Part shown: one piece after another, positions 50,078-63,229 of the stretch
How the letters are laid out: each line of letters begins with the position of its first letter
How positions within the stretch are numbered: position 1 is the first letter of the stretch
Origin: Camelus ferus
Taxonomy: Eukaryota
Assembly: GCF_009834535.1 (NCBI RefSeq)
Contig: NC_045696.1
Location: 18,602,001-18,666,000, forward strand
Reading direction: 5' to 3'
DNA length: 64,000 nucleotides
Program-made: the position numbers and the translations under genes
Notes under the pieces: generated by a model
Database searches by the model: none
What the model was told of the DNA's origin: nothing
The model's input: the letters and a program-made list of their open reading frames with translations, nothing else

Positions 50078-50650
50078 TGTATTAGTTTTCTATTGCTGCC
50101 ATAACAAAACACCACGAACAGTGAATTAAAACAAGACAAGTGTAGATGAGAGGAAGGACTAGATAGGCAGAATACAGTGGGTTTTTAGGGCAAAGAAACA
50201 CTCAGTATGATACTATAATGATACATGTCGTTATATATCTGCCCAAACCCATAGAATGCACAGCACCAAGAATGAACTATAATTTAAACTATGGTCATTG
50301 AGTAATAGTGATGTGTCAGTGTAGGTTCATTAACCGTATTAATGTACCACTTTGGTGGGATGTTGACAGTTGAGGAGTAGTATATGGAAATCTCTGTTCT
50401 TCTTAACTTTGCTATTAGACTATAACTGCTCTTAGAAAATGAAACCTTTAAGACAAATAAACAAAACACATGAATACATTATCTTGTGTAACGGACAGAA
50501 GTCTGAAATGGATCTCATCAGGTTAGAATCAAGGTGTTGGCAGGGCTGCATTCTTTTCTCGTAGCTCTAGGAATCCATTTTGTTGACTTTCCCAGTTCCT
50601 AGAGGTCACCCACCTACTTTGCCTCACTCCTCCCTGTCTCCTCCTTCATG
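50078..50650 (-). mobile_element. MLT1C/D-like LTR interrupted by an L1 fragment
   Basis: tgtattagttttctattgctgccataacaa...; resumes cagaagtctgaaatggatctcatcagg...aatcaaggtgttggcagggctgcattc. Confidence 0.8.
50141..50465 (+). mobile_element. L1MC-type 3' end nested in the MLT1 LTR
   Basis: gataggcagaatacag...tatgatactataatg...ccaaacccatagaatgcacagcaccaaga...gatgtgtcagtgtaggttcat...tatatggaaatctctgt. Confidence 0.8.
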
Positions 50651-51164
50651 CTAAATACTTACAGTCATCTGGGGAAGGTAAAACTTGAAATTCTAACAAT
50701 ACAAAATCTGGTATTAAGATCTATTAGAGATTATAAGCAAATGGATACCAAATATTTTTGTTTATAAGACTCATATGGGAGAAAGGTATTCTATTATACT
50801 TCAGGCTTTGAGATTTTTTCTAGAAATATTTTTGGAAGAAAACATATTTAGACTTGTTTTTTCCATGGAGGCTAATATTTGACCTTAATAATAATAACAT
50901 GCCTTTTGGGATGTTAACACTATTAAATGGTGGGTTCAAAATTGGAATTTGATTGACTTTTCTGGTGTTTTTTGGTAAGTCTACTTTTCAGTGTCCCTGG
51001 GAAATGCTAATATGACCATATGAGATCTGATTTGAAATCTTTTAGAAGTTTCATAATCTCCTTGTCATGACAAACAAAATTCTCACTTCTGTGAACCCTG
51101 TGTAATATCTTTTTACAATGCTCTTAGCAGTTCACATTCCAGAAATGTAAAATTATAGTCCTTT

Positions 51165-52125
51165 TTATCATCAGGAACCTGGCAGAAGCAAATAGTTCAT
51201 TCAAATAAAGTAACTGAGATTTTCCTACTGAAGTTATTAACAACTGTGTGAGCAAACTTAAGAGGAAACTATTAGGGGCACTGAAAGCTGCTGCAGCTTC
51301 GCCCCCATGAAAGATGGGAGAAGAGCATTATGATCCCCGTGGCTGATTGGATAAGTGAGAGTGTTGTCATGGACCATGGCAGGGCTACCTTGACCTTGAT
51401 TCTTGCTGTTGGTGCAACAAAGAATTGAGGAACCACGACAGTTAGCAGAGTTTTAGGCAAGTTTATTTTGAAAGGAGATACACTCCAAGAGAGAAGTGGG
51501 CCAAGCCAAGGGAGGCAGTGGCCCCTAAAGCAGAGGACCTTAGCTTTTTAAGCTTTGGTTTTGCCTGGGGACCAGGTCAATTTGATTGACAGTTGAGAAT
51601 TACTTAAGGGGTACCTGAACTGAGCATGTTTTTCCTAGAATTCACTTTGTTATAATGAGATTAATGTATTTTATGGTCAGAATATGTAACAGCAGTTGGT
51701 TTCAGGGTGGTAGGGTCATCTAAGGACAAGGGGACCTAGGCTTCGTGCATGCTTGGCCAGGGGAATTTCCCACTGTGGATTTTAGTCTCTTCTCTGCGGT
51801 GGGTTGTTCCTTAGGTGTTTGTTACCTGCAAGGGGCAGGACTGAGTCTCTTTTGGGTCCTCCCTGATATTATCCTCCTGGGCCTCACTACTTATGTTTGA
51901 CTGACTGCCTAACAAGAGGAGTGGGTTTTAGAACTAGAACCTAGAAGCAGACAGAGCCGTAGCCTTCTTCTCCTTTATTAAAAGACCCACAGCTGAGATT
52001 CTCCTCGGTGATCCTTTGTTAGAATTCACCTAAGAATTTACAAGTCGAGTTACAGCTGCAGTCTTCAAGGACCCAGAATTATAAGGAGGTAAAAGATCTG
52101 GAAAGGCAAACAGAATATCCATCCA
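51165..52125 (-). mobile_element. Old ERVL-class LTR (LTR40/41-like) split by a younger ERV1 solo LTR
   Basis: Left end tcaggaacctggcagaagcaaatagttcattcaaa; right end gatctggaaaggcaaacagaatatcc. Confidence 0.45.
51362..51914 (-). mobile_element. ERV1-type solo LTR (553 bp) with 4-bp TSD AGAG
   Basis: TG...CA ends (tgttgtc...ctgactgcctaaca). AGAG at 51358-51361 and 51915-51918. Minus-strand AATAAA near 51462. Confidence 0.85.
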
Positions 52126-53699
52126 GTTCGTTACCCATAGGCCTAGGGTTTTCCCCAATGTTTCTGTGTGTTTTTTCCCTCCTTTTCTAGAAGTGCTGCC
52201 CATCCCTCCTTGCACCACCCATCTGATTGGTTACCTCATTTAGAACTTTGAGATGTTGTATAGAGATACTGTTTATTTCACTATCAGAAACAAAAGGATA
52301 TAGTATTTTTTATTCTCCCAGCATTACTTTATCTTTTGTAAATTTTCAATTGTTTTAAGTTTTATATTGGATTGTAGGAAAAAAGTTAACATTTATGCTT
52401 ATTTTTACCCTGCTGCATTTGTTAATGTTTCTGCAGTTAATACAGTGAAGAACTATTTTCATATTCTATTAAAATGCTTACTGAGGTTAATTTTTTTTTT
52501 ATCTTGGTCAAAAACCTTTAAATCAACATAACAAATAGCAGAATATAAACATCAAAGCAAATTAAAATTGTGCAATTATCTTTTGAATGTGAAACGAGGG
52601 AAAATAAGAATCAGTGAATTCAAAGTACTAATATTTTTCAAATATAAATAGAGAGTTCAAAATTGATTACTTCAGATTTCTAAAACACAAGAAAAATAAG
52701 GAAATTAAGTTTCTAAAACAGCTTATCAGGTAACTTTTAAAGTCTTTGTTTTAAATGGATTATAATAGAGCTTTCCTCAAAGGAAAGAGAAAAAATGGTA
52801 GAGGTGGATAAAACTCAGAATGTATACAGATTTGAACTTGGCTGGAGAAATTTGCCACAATATTTCTTGATCATGGGAATGAGCAAGTTCTGGAGAGAGA
52901 GTGCCAGGAAAAGATAATGTGACAAAGGAAATGAAAATATGACTGATGTAAAATAATATACTCTGAACACAATTAACTTGGTGAAACTGCAAGTTTTCTC
53001 AAGTGATACAAAAAAATGATAAATGTAATAAGAAATAATGAGTAATAACTTTACTATAAAATATATAATACATAACATTACATGCAGTACTTGCTAATAT
53101 CATTTTGTAAGGAAGAACATTGGAAATACACAAAAATTGTCAAGGCTGCACTACTCTATTGGAGGAAGTTTGAGAAGAAAATGGGGTACTACAAAATATG
53201 TTCACAATGTGATAATCATGAATATTCTGAGTATTGTATGTAAACAAAAAATCTTAGATATTCATGGTGGAATGTCTCATGTATATCCACAGCCATACCC
53301 ACTCACATTTGATTATCTTGCTCTCACTTTCTCTTTTCTACAAAATACTTCTTTGCCTCACATAAAAAGTTAAGGTTCTTACAAATTTTAAAATTCAGTA
53401 GCATTTTATAATAATTTTTCACAATTGTTTTCACTGGATACATACTTTCAGGTTATAATGTTGGGTTTCTATAAGGAAACCTATTTTTAAAATGAATTTT
53501 AAATTTCTGTTAGTAAAATATATAAATATTTGCCTATTATAACTAAGAAATTGGAACATTGGAATAAAATCACAATTATATTCAGAAATAGAAATTGATT
53601 GGAACTTTATAAAATTCAGTTTAAAGATAAACACTTGAAAAGAATTATAAATTATAAACTAAGTATTTTACAAGACTTGAACTCTTCCTTCAACTATTT

Positions 53700-54905
53700 T
53701 TTTTTGAATTTCATAGCTGAGATTTATTTTGTAACTGAAGTTTGTACCTCTTAATCCAACTCACCTATTTCTTATTCCTTCACCCACTACCCTCTTCCTT
53801 CTGGCAGACACCTGTTTTTTCTATAACTCCATTTTGTTATTTTTGTTTTGTTTTTAGATACCACATGAAAGTAAAATCATACAGTATATTTGTCTTTCTG
53901 ATTTACCTCACTTAGCATAATACTTTTTAGATCCATCCATGTTGTAGCAAATGGCAAGATTTCATTACTTTTTTATGGCTGAGTAATATTCATTGTGTAT
54001 ATATACCACCACTTCATAATCTATTCATCTATCTATGTATACAAATTTGCTCCCATACCTTGGCTATTGTGATGAATGCTGCAGTGAATATAGGTGTATA
54101 TATCTCTTTGAGAGTTTTTGTCTTCTTCAGATAATTTACCTTTTCAAAGAATCGGCTGTTAATTTCATTGATTTTTTTTTTATTGTTTTTTAATTCTTTA
54201 CTTATTTCTTCTCTGATCTTTGTGACTTCTTTTCTTCTACTAACTTTGGGTTTTGTTTGTTCTACTCTTTCTAGTCCCTTTAGGTGTAGGTTAGTTGAGA
54301 TTGTTGTTTTGTGAGTTAAACTTGTATTGCTATAAACTTACTCCTTAAAATTGCGTTTGCTGCATCCCATTGGTTTTTGGATCATGTTTTTTCATTTTCG
54401 TTTTTAAAAAAAAATTTCTTCTTTGATTTCTTCAGTGACCCATTGGTTGTTTAGCAGCATATTGTTTAGCCTCCATGTGTTTGTGTTATTTGCAGGTTTG
54501 TTTGTTTATTTATTTATTTTTTACAGCTGATTTCTACTCTCATAGCCTTGTGGTTGGAAAAGATATCTGATATGGTTTTAATTTTCTTAAAATTGCTGAG
54601 ACTTCTTTTGTGGCCTACCATGTGACCTATCACGGAGAATATCTCATGCAATTAAGTACATTTGTTCTCAAGTACTGTTTGGGACAGTGTTTCCTTACTG
54701 ATTTTCTGTTTGGATCATCTGTCCATAGATATAAGTGGGATGTTCAAGTCCTCTATTATTATTGTGTTACTATCAGTTTCTCTTTTAAGTTTGCTAATAT
54801 TTGCTTTATGCATGTAGGTGCTCCTGTGTTGGGTGCGTATTCATTTACAATTGTTGTATCTTCTTGTTGAATTGATCCTTTTATCATTACATAATATCCT
54901 TGATT
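53700..54905 (-). mobile_element. L1 with 3' end joined directly to the ORF2 5' region (large internal deletion near 54135)
   Basis: 53700-54130 is the 3'UTR/ORF2 C-terminus (gcaaatggcaagatttcatt...ttatggctgagtaatatt). 54135-54905 is collinear with ~23505-24330 of the large L1. Confidence 0.8.
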
Positions 54906-54949
54906 GTCTGTGTTATTCCACTATCTAGACTAAATTTAGATTTTGTAAA

Positions 54950-55760
54950 CTATTAAGTGTCATGAAATAATGATTTTTTGTTGAAGCATTTCTAATCTTA
55001 CAGTGTTCTGTATAATAATGCATAACTATATTATCTTACTAAACACTTTAGAACTTCCAGTACATGTTTAAATAGAATAGCAGCTACCTTTAAAACTTTT
55101 CTTATGTCAAAGGAAATGGCTTATATTCTTCAGCAACATATATGATGTTTGCTATAGATTTTGGCTAGATTCTTCAATCAGATGAAAAAAATTCTCTTTC
55201 TCTTTTTCTAAGATTTTTTAATGACTTGGAATTAGATTTCAGGAATCTTGTTTTGTAGCTACTTAAATCATATATTTCATTTTTAATTTGTGAATTGGCT
55301 ATATTATAAAAATATAGATCTTTGAGTAACATTTATTCCATTTTTGAGTAAATAATACCTGGGTCATAATGCCTCAGTTTTAATTGCACGATGTTGGATT
55401 CTAGCTACTAATAGTTTGCCAGTGAGTAAAAATGACCAGTCTCTCATTTCTTGGGCTGTTGGGGACCTGTATTAGTACCAAGAACTCTAAGTCTCATAAA
55501 ATGAAATGGAGAGGTCTCCTTTCCAATAATTATTTAGACAAATTTAAATTGAAATAGTTTATTTCTTACATGTGTGGTAGAGTTAAATTTTATTGCCTTT
55601 TGAGCTGGGTATATAAAGAATTTATGTCACTGATCAAATGTTTTAATGCTTATAAACAATTCCAGCTTTCTATGTTTATTAAAATTACTTTGGATAAATT
55701 ACATATTTTCTATTTCAAGCAAATTATAATGTTTATTAACATAATATCCATAGTGACTTT
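54950..55760 (-). mobile_element. Highly decayed L1M fragment
   Basis: tagaacttccagtacatgttaaataga, atgatgtttgctatagattt, ctcataaaatgaaatggagagg. Confidence 0.5.
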
Positions 55761-56180
55761 TTGTCTTCTGAATCTCTTCTATTACTATTACTCACAAAAT
55801 CAATCTCTGTCTCTCTTCACCTCTATTATATATGTACTATGTATTTATGGCTGTTTCACTATCTTCATGATACACCACCATTTTTTCCATTCATTATTTT
55901 AAAATAATTTTCTTATATTCTATGTTTCTTCTCAATCATTAGTTTTGCTCACTGTAGCTTCCTACATTTTTTATCTGTATTTGTTAAACAGCTTAAATAT
56001 TTTCAACATTTGCACTTTTTAGCGCATACATTTTGCTTTCCTTGTTTTAACTTTTATTTTTTACTGTTTAGGAGTGTTTTTTTCTGAAAAAGGAAGAAGT
56101 ATAATGTTTCCTATGCAGTTTTAATCTTAATATTGAAAAATATTTCCTCTACATTGATTGATTACTTAATATATATAACA

Positions 56181-56447
56181 CAATTGTCTCTCTATCCATG
56201 GGGAATTGGATACCAAAATTCAGGCATGCTCAATGTTTGTTATATAAAATGCCATAGTTTTGCATATAACCTACACACATCCTCCTATATACTTTGAATC
56301 ATCTCTAGATTATACAATATAAATGCTAGGGGAATAGTTGTTATTGTTTTGTTTTTTTGAAATTCTGGATCTTTTTCCTCAAATATTTTCTGCTTGAGGT
56401 CAGTTGAACCCATGAATGGAGACTCAGCAGAGAGGGAGGATCAACTG
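56181..56447. mobile_element. MER2-like Tigger non-autonomous DNA transposon
   Basis: tatccatggggaattgg...tttgcatataacctacacacatcctcctatatactttgaatcatctctagatt...ggatcaactg followed by TA. Confidence 0.85.
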
Positions 56448-57984
56448 TATGTATTTCTACCACTTTATTCAGTGTTTTCTACTATTCTGCCTTCTGCTGC
56501 ATTCTTTTCATTTGTATACTGCTCTTTCTTTGTAATCCTCAGTCCATTTTTATTTTAGTGATGCTTCTAATATTTTAGCATATAAACTTAACTACTAACT
56601 TAGCAAAAATATTTACCCTCTTTCCAAACATTCCTAAAAACAAGACTTACCACCCCCAACTTCCCATGTAAGCAACTTATGCGCTTGTATTGCTCAGTAA
56701 CTTAATCTAGTCGCTTTGATGACCTTTACAATGTATATATTATTTTCTGGGTTTTATACAATCAACTGATATTTTGGCTTATCCAGAGATTAAGCAGTTT
56801 CTTTTTTTAATCTTCAGATGTTGAATTTCAGGCATTCATTTTGAGGAATGTTGCCTTTCTTTCTTAAATTTATTCACTGAGTTTTTAAAAATGAGCTTAT
56901 TAGTGTACTGAATTGCTTTTTTCTGAAAATATGTTGCCCCCATTTCAAACATTTTATTTAAATTGGTTAGTGTAGTATGTATAATGTGACTTAATGAGAC
57001 CTGCAAAACAATAGAGAGGCCCAATTCTGATTAACTGTAGATATGAGTGTGCAACTGTGCATTAGTGACAACATCATCCATGATGACCAGAGCACCTGGA
57101 GCTGAATCTGTCATTCTATAAATGTGGCATTTATATTCTTGTGCATTAATAAATGTTGATATCATTAAACTTTCATTGGAATGACGGAAGAAACTTTCAT
57201 GGTAACCCCAGATAAACTATGCTTCTGTCTTGCTACAGTGTAACTATTTTCTTTCAAATAAAATGGACTGTACAGAGATCTTTGAGTATTGGTCTCTCAA
57301 TACACATAGAGTTCTATTAGATAATCATTTTCTCTCTGCATCTTGAAGATTTTTTTTAATCAACCTTTCCTTTTCCTTTATTGTTGAGAAATCTGGGGTC
57401 AATCTCACTGTTTTCCTTATAGATAATCCATCATATTATGCTTCATATATTATTCTCTAGTTTTACTGGTTACTAAAGTATTTTAATTAGTCCTTATGGA
57501 GGTTACTGTCTTTCCTGAATCATGAATTTCTTCAGTCCTAGGAAATTCTCAGATTCTATATATGCATATAAAAATATTTGCTCTTGCCCCCATTTGTTAT
57601 ACTCTTATCTTCCACTTTATTAGATTATGTTTTAAAACATACTTTAAAAATCTTTTTTGATTTAGTGTTCTTTACCCCTTGTCTTTATCATGTTTGCAAT
57701 ATATGATACAGTCTAGGTAATGTCTTCACATCTCAATTTTATTCTGTTTTTTTTTTTTTTATTTTATCTCTTTAATTTCCCAGTTAATTTTTCTGTTCAG
57801 TGTCCTTGGTAGCAGAAGTCATTGGAGAACTGTTGGTTGTTTGGGTCTTTGGATTCTATTGCTTCTTCTTTATTATGTCCACTAGCTCTGTACATTCCAT
57901 GTAGCCCGCTCTTAATTTCCCACAGAAGCTCTTCACCTTTAACCAAATCATATTGTGCCATTATATATTGAATTTCCACTATTA

Positions 57985-58115
57985 CTGTCTTGTTAACCAG
58001 AATATAAACCCCATGAATGCAAGGGCTTTTTCCCTCTGCTATTTACTATAGGATGCCTAGAATCTGGAACAGTATCTGTTATGTAATTGGTGCTCACATA
58101 TTTGTTGAACTAATG
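57985..58115 (+). mobile_element. L2 3' end
   Basis: agaatataaaccccatgaatgcaaggg...ctggaacagtatctg...gtgctcacatatttgttgaa. Confidence 0.7.
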
Positions 58116-58657
58116 TTGAGTGGCACCTTGTGTCACAGTATGATTTCTTATTTGCAAACATGCCTATTTGAACTTCATCTGGGTAAATGCTAACAAATGT
58201 TTGATGATTTACTATTCAGAGAGAATTTTTGTTCTCCTTTGAATAGGGTTCAGACACTTTGTATAAATGCATCATATTGAGGTCCTTTGCATGTGCATGT
58301 AGTGTGAACTTAAACCCTAAACTCATGAGTCTCTAAGGATTTTCATAGTAAACCTTCTCACTCACATGTAACCTAGTGACAAGTGTCACTTTTCTCTCCC
58401 TTTGCATATGTCACTTTTCTTTCCTTTTTTTTTTTTTAATTTATTTTTTTCCCCTGGTAGTTAATTCTTCTCTGAGGGTTTTGTTTTCATGGACCCACTG
58501 CTTTTGCTCAGTTGAACTTAGGACCCATCTCTTGTTTTCAGCACAGCCATGGAAACTTTTCACATTATGATACGATGACTGGTATTTGTCCTATGGTAGC
58601 CCCTGGCTTCAGCACTCACTTTGTATTCATACAAACATTTCATTTTTGTTATCTGAG

Positions 58658-59233
58658 TGTTACCTTGGATCTTTGTCACCCGAAAAAAATGAATTTTTAA
58701 TGAGAGAAAGCGTGGTATAAACAGAAGATTTTATTAGTAAAGTAAAAAGGTAGTAAAATACAATACACTCCCAAGATATGGGGGTGGGCCAACCCAAGAT
58801 AGGAAAAATGGTCCCACTCCTTTGTTTCTGCTGTCTTATATCCTGGCTTAGGGGGCACTTTTGTGACTGATTGATTGATGGCTCAGGGTCTTTGAGTTCT
58901 CAGGATGATTGATTGATGGCTCACACTCCTTGTGCTCAGCCATGCCCATCTCTTTTGTGCATGTTCTTACCCAGAATGCACACAGAGAAACCTACATGAG
59001 GGAACTCAAACTGCAATATTAATTACATTACAATGAGCATTGGATCAAGTTAAGATGGGTCCTTCTCTCTACTGTGCAGCTGCAGCATTCGATTCTAGCT
59101 GGCTTCTTTGCTGGCCCTCATTTAGAGAAAGTAAAAATTTTTGGAACCCCTTATCCTGAGCACAGGTGTACTGTTACCTTCTGGGTTGCTCTATCCCCCT
59201 GCCTAGTACTCATTTCTATCTAACTGCCTAATA
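58658..59233 (-). mobile_element. ERV1-type solo LTR (576 bp) with 4-bp TSD TGAG
   Basis: tgttacc...ctaactgcctaata (terminal CA decayed to TA). TGAG at 58654-58657 and 59234-59237. Shares motifs with 51362-51914. Confidence 0.85.
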
Positions 59234-62200
59234 TGAGGATTTCCTCTACTTTCTTGAAATCTCATGTATGCCTTTTAAATGACCATTAAAAAAAAAAAAA
59301 GTATTTAGTTCCTTGCATCAGTAAATTTTTCAGGTAATTGAATATTGCTGGAATTATTTTACAAATAAAAAAAGGATTACAGTTAAAAACAAAAATATAG
59401 AAAAAAATCACTAAGGGCCATTCTAGTTCTGTCTCTGCTCTTACCTATATACTTCTACCAATAGAAAGAGACAGGTTTCAATTCCTCCTACCATTTTCTC
59501 CCATTTGGAACACTGACAGTTCTCTTGGTTTATAACATATGAGATATCAATAAAACTTAGAAAGTGTATTAAACATTAAGAAGAAATAAATAATTCTTCC
59601 CTAGTAGGAGGCCAAGTTCTGTTTTCCCTTTCCTTTCTTAGAATAGTGCTTAAATGATAGAATACTTTGAAAATCTCTTGGAGAATTGATCTAACTTCCT
59701 TAATATTCAGCCAGTGCTCTCTGACATGAATTGAATCCTTGATTGATTGTGAATTTATGAAATTATATTTTGGTCATGAAAATGCTAGAAACTTTTCTAA
59801 AGCAAAAGAAAGTTTTATTTTCTTATGTTGGGGTTAATGGGGATAGTTCAGTTTTTCAAAGGAGGTAAAAGAATGTTAGATGTTTAGTTGAATATAATTT
59901 TTAAAATGCTTTTTAGTTCAGTTGTTAAGTAGAGTATGTTTACACTCTTTTCAAAAAAAATGAAAGGCAAATAAATGGTAGCCAAATGTACTTTATAAAG
60001 TTTACACTTAAAATTTCATTGTGAAAGGCATAGTCCACATATTTGTTTTTTCCTTAAGTGACATTTTATTCTTCTGTGTGAATCAACTTCTGTTAGTATT
60101 TGGTTGCTGGACAGGAAAACTCTTTGTCTTTATTTTTTTTCTCTCCATTTTACTAAATGTGCAATTTAGTGAGATAGAGTTGATCACCTGATATGGAAAG
60201 TAAATTTCTAAATAATTGGGAGTATAATTTTATTGAAATTTAAATGAAAATTCTAAACAATGCTTGGGCTCTTTGATAATATATAAATAATTTTTCACTC
60301 TAATTGCCTGCAAATTGTATTTTTAATTTTTAATTTAAAAAAGAAAATATGTAGCCAAAATATCATATATTCAAATTAAGATAAAGAAAACTTAATCAGT
60401 TTGAAAAAAGTCACTTGAGTATGGAATTACACCTTGGAGAGAAAGGTGTAGTTTTTGATAATTTCTTCTTTTTGGCATTTCAGCAAGAAATTATAGATTA
60501 CCTCTTTATCACCTTCTCAGTTTTCTTATTTTTCCTTATACTCTGACACTACTGATTTCAGTCAAATTAAAAAAAAAATTAAAACAAAATTTTTTTTAAA
60601 AAGCTGTTTATGGCAATCTAGAATCTGAAGCAAAGTATCCTGGAATTACAGAAATAACAAGTTCACCCTGTATATGCACGATTTCTATGTAATACACATT
60701 TTAGTTTTCTGATTCATTTTTCTTACTTTAGAAATTCTAATGGACAAAAGGCTTGAATTCTTCATTGTGTTGCAGTATCAGCAATTTTAAAATTATTTTT
60801 GACAAAATTTCTTGCCTACTAATAAATTATTATAGGGAAATGATAGAATAAAACTAATTTTTCCACATATAACACTCCCCAATACTTTAAAAGAATAGGG
60901 ACTTTTTTCTAATACATATTTTTATTTTTACAAGTTTTCTTCCAACTCATTTATCAATTTCCATTTCTTCTCCACTCTTCTTATTAATAGTTTCTCCTAA
61001 AAATATTTTTAAAATAATGGTGGGAATTTTTTCTCTCAATATAGTCTTGCCATATATTTTAAAATTAGGGACCAACTAAACTATATAAAATGGTAAACAG
61101 GGAGAGATTGCATCTTAATTTTATATACTATTTCTATAAAATTATTTCTATAACATATAAAAAAGGTAAAGATTATAAATTGGTTTAAAAGGAAAATAAA
61201 AACTAAAGTGGGATTTCTCATTTTTAAAGAAACTATTAAAATCAGAGTGCACGTGCCATATAAAAAGACTAAAGGACTTGCATTTTAAATGGGAAATGGA
61301 TATTGATAAGAACTCTTGATTGTCATTATTATTAAATAAAAGAGAATATTAGAAAGTCTGTGGACTATTTTTTAACAGATTGTGTGTCCAAAATGTTTTA
61401 GATTTGGAGAATAGTATGAGGTCAGTGCCAGGGTATCTGAACATTCCTTTTAAGTCTAGGAGTTGGAAATAACTTCACATGCCAAGTGGTCTTTAAAAGA
61501 ACTTCTCTGGACATGTGTAATGGGAAAACAACTGATTCCTAGGGATAATGGGGAACTAAACATAATTTTTATCAGTTTGAAAGACCTTTTGTCAAAATCA
61601 CTAACCACAAAAGCTGCTAGTAAAAGTGAAGATAATAGTTTGTTTGACAGACTTAATCTTTTGGTTTTTCCATTGGCAAGCTATAAGGAAATCATCACTT
61701 AATTTTTCACCCTCTATCTCAAGGGCCTAACGGGCTGATTTTAGTTACTATCCCTCTGTTATGGAAATGGTTCTCTCTACTGTTGTGATTGTCACTAAAG
61801 GTTGGGATAGTACTTATTTTTACGTGGAGTTGGAATGAAAATATTCTATTAGAACATAAGAGGAATAGACAGCTAAAAAAAAAAGAGAAGAGGTGAGTGA
61901 AATAGTCTGAAGGCAGATTGATTTATAACTATCTAAATTATAGCAGAGAAAAAATAAAAACTTAAAAAATAATGCTAACACATCTTTTAAAAAAAATAGA
62001 ACATCTGCCAATAATTAGTTGGATTTGGAGAATGATTTGAGACAGGTGCCTAGACAGCTGTATATCTAAGTTACTAACATTAGAAACAAATACTTTTTAT
62101 GAATATTACAATTAAATATTAATAAATGCCTGTCTGCAAAGCATTGTGGGTATTGTTTTTACTAATTTGCATTTTGTTGAGCCCATTTTGAGATACCATA

Positions 62201-62246
62201 TTAACTGAAATGACTTAATCTGGGGTGAGAGTAGAAATCTGTAGCT

Positions 62247-62308
62247 ATTTTACTATTAAGTAATTACTTAATAAGAAATTTTACTATTAAGTAATTACAA
62301 ATAAGAAA
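62247..62308. repeat. ~31-bp tandem duplication containing a perfect 20-bp palindrome
   Basis: attttactattaagtaattac(tt/a)aataagaa occurs twice. TATTAAGTAATTACTTAATA at 62254-62273. Confidence 0.9.
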
Positions 62309-63229
62309 ACTATTAGATGCAGGTAAAACTATCAATGGAAACATAATCATTGGATAACCTACCGTTAGTAACTGTTTTCAGATCAATTTATCTAAAGTTT
62401 AAAAGTAAAATCACAAAAACTAAAGTTTTTCTGGCCTTGCATAGAATACTTCTCAGCTAAAAAGTTGCTATCATGACCAAAACAGATTTACTTTCCTTAG
62501 ACATGTCATCTTTTCCCATTTATCTTTCTCTTTAGGACATACTCATTCGCAACACAATCATTAATTCTCTGTTAAAAATATAAACACTGTTATTTTCCAT
62601 AAAAACCCTTTAGAAGTTTGTATATCCATGCAGGTGTTTTGGTTTATAGAACTTGGCCCTAAGAACTCTCCAAATAATCATTTGGAGACATTAAAGCCTT
62701 TGCCACTGTCGGTTCTAAATTATCATGGCTTTAAAGGTAGCAGGGCACTCCTTTGAAGGATGTTCAAGAGAGAACCTTGGATAGAATCTAGTCTCTAATC
62801 ACCCTCTAGCCATGCAACCACCAGGAATACTGAGTATTTCTGATGCTTTGTGTATCAATCCTTCCAAAGGGTATTAAACTTCTTCCTTCAGGGGCCAGAT
62901 GCAGATTAATTTTATTATAAAGTATGTTAGAGATAGTCAGGTGGATAGATCTTTTGAAAAAAAAAGTATAATTTTGACAATTTTGCATAGTATTTTAAAC
63001 ATTGTGAATTAAGGGAATATTTATAATTAATATATTTGTGAAAGTAAAGCTTTATGGAGCTCTATTTCTGGAAATAGAGGCAAGAAGTTAGGCAGTTCCC
63101 CTATACAGAAAACAAGTATAAAACTGGAGTGCATTATTTCAAACAATTATTTCACTACACTGGGTAATTGTAGAGAATTACTTAGAAAAACTGCTACTGC
63201 TTATGATAAGTATGGCAAATTTGTCACCT

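Noticed and set aside
51362..59233. A single provirus bounded by the two related LTRs
   Set aside because: Each LTR has its own TSD, they are substantially diverged, and the interval holds L1, MER2 and L2 rather than gag/pol/env.
61823..61872. Minus-strand acceptor-like tract followed by AVYSSYVLIEYFHSNST
   Set aside because: The acceptor is mostly a simple T run, the donor is weak and the peptide is unrecognised.
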